Source: an uncultured Bacteroidales bacterium
Lineage (GTDB): Bacteria; Bacteroidota; Bacteroidia; Bacteroidales; CHK158-818
Reading direction: 5' to 3'
DNA: 64,000 nucleotides
Assembly (NCBI GenBank): GCA_949300615.1
Contig: CASGEW010000006.1
Location: forward strand, 2,470-66,469
In this document: positions 28,394-38,242 of the stretch, in pieces
How positions within the stretch are numbered: the stretch's first letter is position 1
How the letters are laid out: each line of letters starts with the position of its first letter
Made by a program: the position numbers and the translations under genes
The notes under the pieces: model-generated
What the model saw: the letters and a program-made list of their open reading frames with translations, nothing else
Database searches by the model: none
Told to the model about the DNA's origin: nothing

Positions 28394-28430
28394 AGAAAAT
28401 ATTTCCAATCACAAAACCCCATCATATACG

Positions 28431-29768
28431 ATGAAACACACTTATCTCTCAATCATACTAACCCTGTTAATATCCGGTAACATCACATCGCTATCGGCTC
28501 AGGAAAAGGTTCAAGCCAAAAGTGCCAACGAATTTCTAAACAGCATAGGCGTCAATAGTGCCATTTTCAGAAGAGGGGAAACTCTCCCACAAACGATAGA
28601 ATGTATCAAATACTTAGGTGCCCGGTGGATCAGAACAGACGAAAACATGAATACCGATGAGAAAGTCAGAGACATCGAAAATCTACATCAACAAACCGGA
28701 GTCAAAATAAGTACCAGTTTGGGCAGTGGAGGAAACGATATTGCCGGATTAGTGGCAGGATCGAAACGAATTGCAGAGCTGGGAGCATTGCTCGCTATCG
28801 AAGGGAACAACGAACCCAACAATTGGGGCATCACTTACCAGGGACAAAAGGGGGGACAAAACAATTCGTGGATTCCCGTAGCCCGGTTACAAAGAGATCT
28901 GTACAAAGCTATCAAGGCCGACCCTGTATTAAAAAAATATCCGGTATGGACCACCACTGAAACAGGTGCCCAAACCGACAACGTTGGACTGCAATACATC
29001 AAAGTTCCCGAAAACGATACCAACGTCGTAGAAGAATTCCGAGGCGTCGTTTTTGCCGATGCTGCCAACTGCCACAACTATTTCACGCATCCTGGCTGGA
29101 AACCGTTGCAGGACAACCAGACATGGTTGGCTTCCGACCCATCAAGCAATGCAAAAGGCGATCACCTGTTTGGTAATTACGGAAAAACATGGTCGAAAAA
29201 ATTCAACGGATATACAAACGAACAATTAAAAAACATTCCTCGCGTAACAACCGAAACAGGCGCAACCATTGATCGCATACTCACCGAGGAGATGCAAGCC
29301 CGATTGTATCTATCCTGCTACCTGGCACAATATGCCCAAGGATGGAGCCATACTGCCATATACATTATGAGAGACCGATCTGACGAAGAGGGAAACCAAA
29401 GCTTCGGATTCTACGATAAATCCTACAATCCCAGACAGGCCGCCCACTATCTACACAACCTAACCTCCATATTAAACGATAATAAGACCATTTCAAAACC
29501 GGGATATTTATCCTACACCATTCCCAATCAACCGGTAACCGTTCACGATCTCTTGTTGCAGAAAAACGACAAAACGTTTATGCTCGTAATATGGGGAGAA
29601 TTATATGCCGGAGGGAGTGAAAATATCGTTGTTAAGCTGGGAAAGAAATATAAAAAAATCAAGATATACGACCCTACTTCCGGAACAACGGCTATAAAGA
29701 TATTACAAAACTCAAACTCCGTACCGCTTACAATGACCAACCATCCCTATATTTTAGAACTTAAATAA
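28431..29768 (+). CDS. secreted TIM-barrel glycoside hydrolase, clan GH-A-like, family unassigned
   Basis: The protein has a signal peptide. AIEGNNEPNNWG is an NEP acid/base-like motif. Two candidate nucleophile motifs are present (VWTTTETGA and RVTTETGA). Confidence 0.4.
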   Translation: MKHTYLSIILTLLISGNITSLSAQEKVQAKSANEFLNSIGVNSAIFRRGETLPQTIECIKYLGARWIRTDENMNTDEKVRDIENLHQQTGVKISTSLGSGGNDIAGLVAGSKRIAELGALLAIEGNNEPNNWGITYQGQKGGQNNSWIPVARLQRDLYKAIKADPVLKKYPVWTTTETGAQTDNVGLQYIKVPENDTNVVEEFRGVVFADAANCHNYFTHPGWKPLQDNQTWLASDPSSNAKGDHLFGNYGKTWSKKFNGYTNEQLKNIPRVTTETGATIDRILTEEMQARLYLSCYLAQYAQGWSHTAIYIMRDRSDEEGNQSFGFYDKSYNPRQAAHYLHNLTSILNDNKTISKPGYLSYTIPNQPVTVHDLLLQKNDKTFMLVIWGELYAGGSENIVVKLGKKYKKIKIYDPTSGTTAIKILQNSNSVPLTMTNHPYILELK

Positions 29769-29776
29769 GGGGGATT

Positions 29777-29807
29777 CTTTTCTTTTGTACAGCTGGCAAA
29801 AGAAAAG
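29777..29807 (+). terminator. hairpin downstream of the GH-A-like gene (possible terminator, no clean T-run)
   Basis: The stem is a perfect 11 bp, CTTTTCTTTTG (29777-29787) with CAAAAGAAAAG (29797-29807). Confidence 0.35.
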
Positions 29808-29897
29808 GATGTTCTCTTTTCTCCACTTTTTGAAAAAAGCGGAACCAAAAACTTTTTAGTAGGGCGTAGTATGTAAAGTAGTATGTAGTAAATAAGA

Positions 29898-29935
29898 AAG
29901 GGATTGATTCTTTTGATGAACCAATCCCTTTTTTA
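29898..29935. terminator. bidirectional terminator (recA side and GH side)
   Basis: The stem is GGGATTGATTC/GAACCAATCCC (one mismatch), followed by TTTTTT. It lies 14 nt beyond the recA stop. Confidence 0.6.
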
Positions 29936-29948
29936 GATTATTGATTTT

Positions 29949-30986
29949 CTATTTGTCTTTGGCCCGGAATGATTCCATGATCTTTTCTTCCAATTCATCG
30001 GCTAATTCGGGATTGTCCAACAAACACTTCTTGGCAGCATCGCGACCTTGTCCCAACTTGGTTTCTCCATAACTGAACCACGAACCGCTCTTCTTGATAA
30101 TGCCTTTATCAACACCCAAATCTATAATCTCTCCCGTCCGGGAAATCCCTTCTCCAAACATAATATCGAATTCTGCTTTCCGGAAGGGTGGTGCTACTTT
30201 ATTTTTTACCACTTTAACCCGTACCTGATTACCAACTACGGTTTCACCCTCTTTCAACTGGGCAATACGACGGATATCAAGCCGGACTGAGGCATAAAAT
30301 TTCAATGCATTACCACCCGTAGTCGTTTCCGGGTTTCCAAACATTACGCCCAACTTGTCGCGCAATTGGTTAATAAATACGCACGTAGTATTGGTCTTGT
30401 TGATTGCTGCGGTCAATTTACGCAACGCCTGCGACATCAAACGGGCTTGCAATCCCATTTTGGAATCACCCATCTCTCCCTCCAATTCGGCTTTGGGAGT
30501 CAAAGCTGCTACTGAGTCTATAACAACAATATCTACGGCCGACGAACGAATCAATTGTTCGGCTATCTCCAAAGCTTGCTCCCCGCTGTCGGGCTGCGAA
30601 ATCCAGAGATTTTCTACATCAACCCCCAGCTTTTCTGCATAAAACCGGTCAAAAGCATGCTCGGCATCGATTATTGCGGCAATACCGCCAGCCTTCTGCG
30701 CTTCGGCAATCGCATGGATCGCCAACGTTGTTTTACCGGAAGCTTCCGGCCCATAAATCTCTATCACACGTCCACGGGGAAAACCGCCTACTCCCAAGGC
30801 TGCATTCAAACCGATAGAACCCGTCGATATAACGGCAACCTCTTCTACCTTGTCATCCCCCAATTTCATAATAGAGCCTTTTCCGTAACTCTTCTCTATT
30901 TTGTCCATAGCTGCTTGAAGTGCCTTCAACTTCTCAGCAGGCGTTGTTTTCGTTATCGTCTTTTCGTCTGTATCTTTTTCTGCCAT
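29949..30986 (-). CDS. recA: recombinase RecA
   Basis: The Walker A motif [11 protein letters not shown] is present, and the RecA core is conserved throughout. Confidence 0.97.
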   Translation of the reverse strand: MAEKDTDEKTITKTTPAEKLKALQAAMDKIEKSYGKGSIMKLGDDKVEEVAVISTGSIGLNAALGVGGFPRGRVIEIYGPEASGKTTLAIHAIAEAQKAGGIAAIIDAEHAFDRFYAEKLGVDVENLWISQPDSGEQALEIAEQLIRSSAVDIVVIDSVAALTPKAELEGEMGDSKMGLQARLMSQALRKLTAAINKTNTTCVFINQLRDKLGVMFGNPETTTGGNALKFYASVRLDIRRIAQLKEGETVVGNQVRVKVVKNKVAPPFRKAEFDIMFGEGISRTGEIIDLGVDKGIIKKSGSWFSYGETKLGQGRDAAKKCLLDNPELADELEEKIMESFRAKDK

Positions 30987-30992
30987 ATCTAT

Positions 30993-31442
30993 TTATTTAT
31001 CAAGTATCTGACTTGCATGATTTTTTGTATCTACCTTATCTATCACTCTCTCTATGATGCCATTTTCATCTATCAAAAAAGTAGTCCGCAACGTCCCCAT
31101 ATAAGAACGCCCATACAATTTCTTTTCCGCCCAGACCCCGGCCTCCTGATTAAGAGTGGTCTCCGTATCGGCAATCAATGAAAACGGAAGCGATTGTTTT
31201 TCTATAAATTTCCGATGCGAAGCCGCTCCGTCCTTACTAACACCAATCACCTCGTATCCGGCCTGTTTCAAGGCCGAATAATGATCCCGCAAATTACACG
31301 CTTCGGCCGTACAACCGGAAGTATTATCCTTGGGATAAAAATACACAACCAATTTCTTCCCGCGAAAATCGCTTAACTTAACCTCCTTACCATCTTGATC
31401 CAAGCCCAAGAATTCCGGAAACTTTTCTCCAACTGCTAACAT
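30993..31442 (-). CDS. bcp: thioredoxin-dependent thiol peroxidase (Bcp-type peroxiredoxin)
   Basis: The sequence YFYPKDNTSGCTAEAC carries the peroxiredoxin active-site motif. The gene ends 6 nt upstream of recA, the operon arrangement known from Bacteroides. Confidence 0.9.
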   Translation of the reverse strand: MLAVGEKFPEFLGLDQDGKEVKLSDFRGKKLVVYFYPKDNTSGCTAEACNLRDHYSALKQAGYEVIGVSKDGAASHRKFIEKQSLPFSLIADTETTLNQEAGVWAEKKLYGRSYMGTLRTTFLIDENGIIERVIDKVDTKNHASQILDK

Positions 31443-31472
31443 TCAATCAAATAATTATCCTTTTTTCGTATC

Positions 31473-31480
31473 CAAAGGTA
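31473..31480 (-). promoter_or_regulatory. candidate -7 promoter box (TACCTTTG on minus strand)
   Basis: The plus strand reads CAAAGGTA, 31 nt upstream of the bcp ATG. Confidence 0.45.
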
Positions 31481-31579
31481 ACGAATAAATTAAAAAAAGC
31501 AACGATTATCTTCCCGATTTGTTACAAGAGATTTCTCTTGCCAAAACGCAATCTATCCGTCCTTCCTTATAAAACCAAT

Positions 31580-31604
31580 AAAACCGGCAGATCATGCCGG
31601 TTTT
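31580..31604 (-). terminator. rho-independent terminator after kbl
   Basis: The sequence AAAACCGGCAgatcaTGCCGGTTTT is a symmetric hairpin with A and T runs on either side. Confidence 0.7.
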
Positions 31605-31637
31605 ATGATATGAAAGAAAATATAGCTCAAATCGCGA

Positions 31638-32828
31638 TTATTTTATTACGCCCAACTCTTTGCCCACTTTGATAAACGCAGCAATACATTTATCCAAATG
31701 TTCCTTTTCATGTCCGGCTGACAGTTGAACACGAATACGTGCCTGACCTTTGGGAACTACCGGATAGTAGAAACCGGTTACATAGATACCTTCATCAGAC
31801 ATCCTGGCGGCAAAGTCCTGCGACAGTTTGGCATCGTACAACATCACCGCACAAATAGCCGACTGCGTCGGTTTGATGTCAAACCCGGCAGCCAACATCT
31901 TTTCACGGAAATAGACAACATTCTGCATCAATTTATCGTGCAAGGCATTGCTCTCTTTGAGCATCTTGAAGACTTCCACACCGGCCTTGGCCACAGAGGG
32001 GGGAATCGAATTGGAGAACAGATACGGACGAGAACGTTGACGCAGCATATCGATGATCTCCTTGCGTCCGGTGGTGAACCCGCCAACAGCTCCACCGAAA
32101 GCCTTCCCCAACGTACCGGTATAAATATCCACACGGCCATAGGTATTGAATTTTTCGCTCACGCCATGGCCCGTATCGCCTACGACTCCGGCCGAATGGC
32201 TTTCATCCACCATAACCAATGCATCGTATTTTTCGGCCAAATCACAAATCTTGTCCATCGGAGCAACGTTTCCGTCCATAGAAAATACCCCGTCGGTAAC
32301 GATTATTCTGAAACGTTGTGCTTGTGCTTCCTGTAAGCATTTTTCCAATTCTCCCATATCTGCGTTGGCATAACGGTAACGTTTGGCTTTACACAAACGA
32401 ACGCCGTCGATGATAGAAGCATGATTCAACGCATCGGAGATAATCGCATCCTCTTCTGTCAAAAGCGGTTCAAAGACCCCACCGTTTGCATCGAAACAAG
32501 CGGCATACAAAATAGTGTCGTCTGTCTTAAAATAATCGGAAATAGCTGCTTCCAACTCTTTATGGGTATCTTGCGTACCGCAAATAAACCGAACAGAAGA
32601 CATTCCATATCCACGCTCGTCCATAGCAGACTTGGCTGCGGCTATAATACGCGGATTATCGGACAGCCCCAAATAATTGTTAGCGCAAAAGTTCAACACC
32701 GGGCCCACCCCTTTCACCTCAATCTGGGCCTTTTGCGGGGAAGTTATGATCCGTTCTTTTTTATAAAGGCCGGCACTTTCGATGGCAGCCAGCTCTTCGG
32801 TCAAATGTTTTTTAAAATTTCCGTACAT
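31638..32828 (-). CDS. kbl: glycine C-acetyltransferase (2-amino-3-ketobutyrate CoA ligase)
   Basis: The fold is that of a PLP-dependent alpha-oxoamine synthase. It has the SFSK-type motif region (GTLGKAFGG). It is paired divergently with threonine dehydrogenase. Confidence 0.9.
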   Translation of the reverse strand: MYGNFKKHLTEELAAIESAGLYKKERIITSPQKAQIEVKGVGPVLNFCANNYLGLSDNPRIIAAAKSAMDERGYGMSSVRFICGTQDTHKELEAAISDYFKTDDTILYAACFDANGGVFEPLLTEEDAIISDALNHASIIDGVRLCKAKRYRYANADMGELEKCLQEAQAQRFRIIVTDGVFSMDGNVAPMDKICDLAEKYDALVMVDESHSAGVVGDTGHGVSEKFNTYGRVDIYTGTLGKAFGGAVGGFTTGRKEIIDMLRQRSRPYLFSNSIPPSVAKAGVEVFKMLKESNALHDKLMQNVVYFREKMLAAGFDIKPTQSAICAVMLYDAKLSQDFAARMSDEGIYVTGFYYPVVPKGQARIRVQLSAGHEKEHLDKCIAAFIKVGKELGVIK

Positions 32829-32968
32829 AACGATCTATATATTAATATTTATTCATAACCATTTCTTGGAATTCAAAAGGAAGAATCGCACTACAAATTT
32901 CAAAATATTTTTCGAATAGCAAGACATATTTTTAGTAAAAAAAATCTTTCTATCAAAAATATATCCAT

Positions 32969-32976
32969 TACCTTTG
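32969..32976 (+). promoter_or_regulatory. candidate -7 promoter box TACCTTTG
   Basis: This is an exact TAnnTTTG match 28 nt upstream of the ATG at 33004. Confidence 0.45.
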
Positions 32977-33003
32977 TATTCGGAATTTTAAGCTATAACA
33001 ACA

Positions 33004-33960
33004 ATGAAAAATGTACTTGTCATCGGGGCAACAGGTCAAATCGGATCTGAATTGACCATAGAGCTAAGGAAACGCTATCCGGAAGGGAAGATTGTAGCCG
33101 GATATATCAAAGGTGCAGAACCCAAAGGTATTCTATTGGAAAGCGGCCCTTCTGAGCTCGCGGATGTTACCGACGGAAAACAATTACATGACATCGTTGA
33201 TAAATACAACATCGACACCATATACAACCTGGCCGCCCTGTTGTCGGCCGTAGCAGAGGAAAAACCGCTGCTGGCATGGCACATCCAGATGGATGGGTTG
33301 ATCAACATCCTGGAAATAGCCCGCGAAAAAAAATGCAGTGTCTTTACCCCCAGCTCTATCGGAGCGTTCGGGCCGAACACACCCAAAGACAAAACACCGC
33401 AAGATACCATACAGCGTCCCAAAACGATGTACGGCGTTACCAAAGTGGCCACGGAACTGTTAAGCGACTATTATTTTAACCGGTTCGGGGTAGATACACG
33501 TTCGGTACGTTTTCCCGGCATCATCTCCAATGTTACACTTCCGGGCGGTGGTACGACCGACTATGCCGTAGAGATTTACTATTCTGCCGTAAAAGGAGAA
33601 GAATTTGCCTGCCCGATTGCTGCCGGAACCTTCATGGACATGATTTATATGCCGGATGCCCTGCACGCAGCTATCTCCATCATGGAGGCCGATCCCTCTA
33701 AATTTATCCATCGTAACTCTTTCAACGTAGCATCGCTCAGCTTTGATCCGGAAATGATCTACGCTTCCATAAAGAAAGAAATCCCCGATTTCAAGATGCA
33801 TTACGAGGTAGATCCGTTGCGGCAGAGCATCGCCGAATCGTGGCCCAATTCTTTGGACGATACGTGTGCTCGTACCGAATGGGGCTGGCAACCCAACTTC
33901 TCACTCGACCAAATGACAAAAGATATGATCATGGCCCTGCGGAAGAAATTCGGAAAATAA
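33004..33960 (+). CDS. tdh: L-threonine 3-dehydrogenase, SDR/epimerase type
   Basis: The sequence VLVIGATGQIGSEL is a Rossmann motif. The YGVTK catalytic motif is also present. The gene lies next to kbl. Confidence 0.8.
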   Translation: MKNVLVIGATGQIGSELTIELRKRYPEGKIVAGYIKGAEPKGILLESGPSELADVTDGKQLHDIVDKYNIDTIYNLAALLSAVAEEKPLLAWHIQMDGLINILEIAREKKCSVFTPSSIGAFGPNTPKDKTPQDTIQRPKTMYGVTKVATELLSDYYFNRFGVDTRSVRFPGIISNVTLPGGGTTDYAVEIYYSAVKGEEFACPIAAGTFMDMIYMPDALHAAISIMEADPSKFIHRNSFNVASLSFDPEMIYASIKKEIPDFKMHYEVDPLRQSIAESWPNSLDDTCARTEWGWQPNFSLDQMTKDMIMALRKKFGK

Positions 33961-33985
33961 AAATCTTTTTTCCATATAAATAAAA

Positions 33986-34031
33986 ATAGGAGAGGCTATC
34001 TAAAATCAACAGATAGCCTCTCCTATTTTAT
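33986..34031. terminator. bidirectional terminator
   Basis: The stem is a perfect 16 bp, ATAGGAGAGGCTATCT with AGATAGCCTCTCCTAT, and has a 9-nt loop. It lies between convergent tdh and the C11 peptidase gene. Confidence 0.75.
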
Positions 34032-34045
34032 TTGACAAAGTTCTG

Positions 34046-35161
34046 CTACAAACCATACAACCACCGCCAATATGCGGTCTGGGTATAACACTCATTCAGA
34101 TACGGCAATCCGGATTGAAGGATATAGGTTGTCAATCCACAATGTTTATCGACCGTTATACCGTTATACAAATAAGGGGTAGATGCCTGATATACGACAC
34201 AATCGTCAATTGCCTTATCGATCTTCTGCATCTCCTGCGAGGGTAATAAATTTCGCATATAATCGGACAAATCATAAAACAGACTGTAACTGCTCAATTT
34301 ATCGAACCGCTGTATTGCCAAAGGAGATATCTGCGGGGACAACTCCACTTGGCAGGATTCCAAACTTTCGGCAATCGTCTCTACCAACAAAGGGATTTTA
34401 TCCATTTCAATCACACTGATGGTTGCCGATGCCGGATTCCGTTTCTCCCAATAGGCATAATAACCGGTGGCATACGACACCAAATCCGGTTCCGGCTGAT
34501 ACAGGTATTTCAATACCGTGGGATAGACCGGCGTAAATCCCGGCGAACAGATCTCGGCCGAGGAGGCCACTACGTAATCGGCTTTCCCCTGCAATTCGCA
34601 CATCACCTCAATACCACTCATAAAACAGGTTTCAAAAACAATAAAACGGAACATTCCTTCCGGCAAAGCCGACGAAAAATCAGACAAGGAAATCTCCCCT
34701 TCCTCGCCCGGGACTAATGAACGGGGAGAAGATAAGGTCTGCTCCGGTAACCATCCGCTGGCGTGAGAAAACAGAACCAGCCCATATCGTTTGGAGGGAA
34801 AATTCTCCCGTACATCCTTGAACACCTGTTCCATCAGCGCAGCAGAAGAGGCCGTCCATCCCGGGTATTCACCAATCAAGGAGAGCTCCTTTTTATTCTG
34901 TTTCTTATTCAACTGCAACAACCGTGGACTTTCGACCGTTTCATCATCTTGCAATATCAATAAATTCCCATTGTATTCATCCCATCCGGCCGCAACGGCA
35001 TCTATTTTCTCAGATACCTCATCCGAGAGGCCGTTATCCCGACCCGCCAGATAAAACAACACGGTACACTCCGCATCTCCTGCATCCACCGCATCCGGCG
35101 AACAAGCCGCACAACAGAGGATCAACAAAATACCTATCGGCAGGAAACAGCGAAGGGCCAT
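34046..35161 (-). CDS. clostripain-family (C11) cysteine peptidase lipoprotein
   Basis: A lipobox (LILCCAAC) is present. The His motif LVLFSHASGW and Cys motif FIVFETCFM are also present. Confidence 0.75.
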   Translation of the reverse strand: MALRCFLPIGILLILCCAACSPDAVDAGDAECTVLFYLAGRDNGLSDEVSEKIDAVAAGWDEYNGNLLILQDDETVESPRLLQLNKKQNKKELSLIGEYPGWTASSAALMEQVFKDVRENFPSKRYGLVLFSHASGWLPEQTLSSPRSLVPGEEGEISLSDFSSALPEGMFRFIVFETCFMSGIEVMCELQGKADYVVASSAEICSPGFTPVYPTVLKYLYQPEPDLVSYATGYYAYWEKRNPASATISVIEMDKIPLLVETIAESLESCQVELSPQISPLAIQRFDKLSSYSLFYDLSDYMRNLLPSQEMQKIDKAIDDCVVYQASTPYLYNGITVDKHCGLTTYILQSGLPYLNECYTQTAYWRWLYGL

Positions 35162-35168
35162 AAACAGA

Positions 35169-36479
35169 TCAGAATAATTTATCGCTCAACATTTGCAAAG
35201 CCTGCCGTTTAAACTCACTCCGTACCAATATCGACACGTTGCTGTTACTGCCCCCGTACGAGATCATTCGCACCGGTATATCGCGCAAAGCATCTATTAT
35301 TTTAGCCGGGAACCCGATATTTTCACATTCCAGGTCTCCCACTACGCACAAAACAACCATATCTTCTTCTACCGTTACCGAAGCATCCCGTTCTATTTCG
35401 TGAACAATTTCAGACAACTGCACATTGTTGTCTATCGCCACAGCGACCCCCACATCCGAGGTAGTTACCAAATCTATCGGGGTAAGGTATTTCGAAAACG
35501 TATCGAACACTTTGCTCAAAAACTGCGGAGTTTGCAAAGAGTTATACGATTTTATCTTTACATAGGTAATGTGGTCTTTGGCTGCCACCACTTTTATCTT
35601 CCCTTTTTCAGCCACATCCGAAATCAGGGTACCGGGGGCAGACGGCTGCAACGTGTTTAGTAACCGTACCGGGATATGGTGCTGTTTAGCCGGCAATATA
35701 CACGCCGGATGCAAGATTTTGGCCCCGAAATGGGCCACCTTGGCCGCTTCGTCAAAATTCAACTGAGACACCGGTGCGGTATTCTCCACAAAACGGGGGT
35801 CGTTATTGTGAATACCGTCGATATTGGTCCATATCTGTATCTCCTCAGCTTCAATGGCTGCGCCGATCAACGATGCCGTATAGTCACTTCCGCCACGTTG
35901 CAAGTTGTCTATATGTCCATAAGCATTGCGGCAAATATACCCTTGCGTAATATACATCGCTGCATCGGGATGGCGTTTCATGAACTTTCCGAGATGTTCT
36001 TTGAGGTAATCCATATCGGGCACTGAATTCTTTTTTGTTCTCATAAAATCAAGTGCCGGCAACAGACAAGTGTTCACGCCCTGTTCTTGCAGGTAAAAGT
36101 GAATCATGGAGGCTGCTATCAGTTCTCCTTGCGCCAAGACCTCTTTTTCTTCTAACGCGGAAAACGGTTCGCTCACAAACGACTCAATTTTCATAAAACA
36201 AGACATAACCGTTTCAATCGTTTTTTGACGAAACTCTCCGGTCTCATATAGTTCATCGATATGTGACAGATAGGATAGTTTTAAGGAATTTATGATATTG
36301 GACGCCCCTTTTTGCTCATTATTATATAAACACATGGCTATTTCGGCCAACGAATCGGTAGTTCCGGCAAGAGCCGACACGACTACAATTTTTTGCTTTC
36401 CGTCGTTTATCAACGTAGCAACATCTTTCATCCGTTGTGCGGAGCTAACCGAGCTTCCCCCAATTTTCAGTACTTTCAT
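35169..36479 (-). CDS. lysC: aspartate kinase
   Basis: The N-terminus is MKVLKIGGSSV. The GGSDYTA motif and C-terminal ACT-like region are present. Confidence 0.85.
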   Translation of the reverse strand: MKVLKIGGSSVSSAQRMKDVATLINDGKQKIVVVSALAGTTDSLAEIAMCLYNNEQKGASNIINSLKLSYLSHIDELYETGEFRQKTIETVMSCFMKIESFVSEPFSALEEKEVLAQGELIAASMIHFYLQEQGVNTCLLPALDFMRTKKNSVPDMDYLKEHLGKFMKRHPDAAMYITQGYICRNAYGHIDNLQRGGSDYTASLIGAAIEAEEIQIWTNIDGIHNNDPRFVENTAPVSQLNFDEAAKVAHFGAKILHPACILPAKQHHIPVRLLNTLQPSAPGTLISDVAEKGKIKVVAAKDHITYVKIKSYNSLQTPQFLSKVFDTFSKYLTPIDLVTTSDVGVAVAIDNNVQLSEIVHEIERDASVTVEEDMVVLCVVGDLECENIGFPAKIIDALRDIPVRMISYGGSNSNVSILVRSEFKRQALQMLSDKLF

Positions 36480-36507
36480 GCGGTTTGGTATTTGTATGGT
36501 ATTATTA

Positions 36508-37866
36508 TTATTTTTTATTTTCCGTTTTTTTCTCTGTCACCAAATCTTTCAACAAAACATTCCCGATCTCTTCCAGCATCTTTTCGCGGGTAATCAACAA
36601 TGTTTTCCACTGTTTGCTGAACTTGATCCGATTATCTATCTTAAATTTTTCCGAGCCATATAAATCGACTCTCGAAAACAGTTCTCCTACCGAAAGCCTG
36701 TTCACATCCATGGCCGGTTGATAGGCGGTTACCCGATCTTCGTCGGTTACAGTTTCTATGATAACACCTATTTCCGTCAAAAGATACAGCAGCTGACCCG
36801 TCAGTTTGATCGGGATTTTGTTATCATAAGAGATCTCCTCGACCGTCAATGGTTTTTCTCCTTTGACAAAGCGCTGCACAATCAGCGAGGCTACCAGCAA
36901 CAGGAGAAAATCCTTATACCGACGCGAGATATTTTTGGAATCCCGTTCAAAATTATAATTCCGTATATTTTGTGCCGAAAATGTCAATACCGCTCCGAAA
37001 AGACAGATAATCCACGATAACTGTATCCACAACAGCAACAGCGGCAGGAATGCCAATCCCCCATATACCGCATTATATTTCGACACCCATATCTGCCCGC
37101 TTATATAGATAAACTGGAAAAATTGAAAGGCCGTACCACAAATGATTCCGGCTAACAACGCATTCCAGAATTTAACCCGGGTATTGGGTATAAGCACATA
37201 CATCCCGGTAAAAAACAACCAAGTCAAGAAATAGGGGCTAAACGAAAGCAACTTGCGTACCACTGGACTCATAAAGCTCAAATAGTCCAGGTTCTCAAAA
37301 CTGGAAGAGAGAAACAGGGACAACCCTCCCGAGGCAATCATCAAAATCGGAAGAATCAAGAAAAACGAGGTATAATCGGTTATCTTGCGATAAAACGAAC
37401 GGGCTTTCTTTACCTGCCATATTTCGTTGAATACCGCCTCTATGTTATTAACCATACTAACTACCGTCCATAGCAACATCAAAATACCGGCTCCGACAAA
37501 AACCCCGCCATTACGCGTTTCCGACAAATAGGTCTTGACAAAATCGAAAATATGTGTCAGGGCATTCCGTTGTGCAGGGAAATAGTCAAGTAACTGCATC
37601 TGAATGATATTCTGAAATCCGAATCCCCGTGCAATGGCATACATCAACGCCAACATCGGCACAATGGCCAACATCATATTATAGGTGAGCGCCGACGCTT
37701 TTGCCTGCAAGTCATCCTCCTTGAAACGTCTGAAAGATATCATCACCGTCTTGAACAGGTTGATCAATATCCGCCGGCTTCCGCTTACTTCCGTTTCGGT
37801 TATCCGCCAAATATCGTCGGAAGCGAAACGCCAGAAATTCGCAATGTTTTCTTTTATCCGATTCAT
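36508..37866 (-). CDS. YihY/BrkB (RNase BN-like) family membrane protein with C-terminal soluble extension
   Basis: I trimmed ORF 36508..37884 from its TTG to the ATG at 37864-37866 (MNRIKENIANFW). The protein has multiple TM helices and the YihY-like N-terminal motif ASALTYNMMLAIVP. Confidence 0.8.
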   Translation of the reverse strand: MNRIKENIANFWRFASDDIWRITETEVSGSRRILINLFKTVMISFRRFKEDDLQAKASALTYNMMLAIVPMLALMYAIARGFGFQNIIQMQLLDYFPAQRNALTHIFDFVKTYLSETRNGGVFVGAGILMLLWTVVSMVNNIEAVFNEIWQVKKARSFYRKITDYTSFFLILPILMIASGGLSLFLSSSFENLDYLSFMSPVVRKLLSFSPYFLTWLFFTGMYVLIPNTRVKFWNALLAGIICGTAFQFFQFIYISGQIWVSKYNAVYGGLAFLPLLLLWIQLSWIICLFGAVLTFSAQNIRNYNFERDSKNISRRYKDFLLLLVASLIVQRFVKGEKPLTVEEISYDNKIPIKLTGQLLYLLTEIGVIIETVTDEDRVTAYQPAMDVNRLSVGELFSRVDLYGSEKFKIDNRIKFSKQWKTLLITREKMLEEIGNVLLKDLVTEKKTENKK

Positions 37867-37888
37867 GGAATACGATTTAAACAATAAA

Positions 37889-38234
37889 CAGCAGGATTAT
37901 AAGCCGGGTTCTGTTCCTTTTTTCAGGCGTTTGTCATTTATCTCGACTTTGCGTCACCGCAAAGTTCCAGCGGTCTACCCCCCGACATCGGACGAGCAAC
38001 CCTTTACTGTCGGTATACATGACCTTGCAACCCATGGGGCGTACGGCCCTTATGTTGCCACAAGAACCGGTGAGCTCTTACCTCGCCTTTTCACCCTTAC
38101 CCCACTACAAGTGAGGCGGTTATTTTCTGTTACACTACCTTACCCTCGCAGATAACTTCCCGTTAGGAAGCATGGTGCTCTGTGTTGCCCGGACTTTCCT
38201 CTTGCATAAAAACAAGCGACAAACCATCCTGCTG
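37889..38234 (-). ncRNA. rnpB: RNase P RNA, bacterial type A
   Basis: The reverse complement contains GAGGAAAGUCCGGGC, GGGUAAGGGUGAAAAGGCGAGGUAAGAGCUCACC and ACAGAACCCGGCUUA. The 5' CAGCAGGAU pairs with the 3' AUCCUGCUG to form P1. The ends are approximate to within a few nt. Confidence 0.9.
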
Positions 38235-38242
38235 TATGCCTA

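Noticed and set aside
29866-29890. Tandem direct repeat GTAGTATGTA-AA-GTAGTATGTA-GTA downstream of the GH-A-like gene
   Set aside because: It has only two copies of a 12-nt period in a terminator-rich spacer, which is too short to call a functional repeat or VNTR.
37685-38155. 156-aa plus-strand ORF
   Set aside because: It overlaps the opposite strand of the RNase P RNA gene, which has unmistakable conserved P4 and J-region sequences, and the yihY start. It is not coding.
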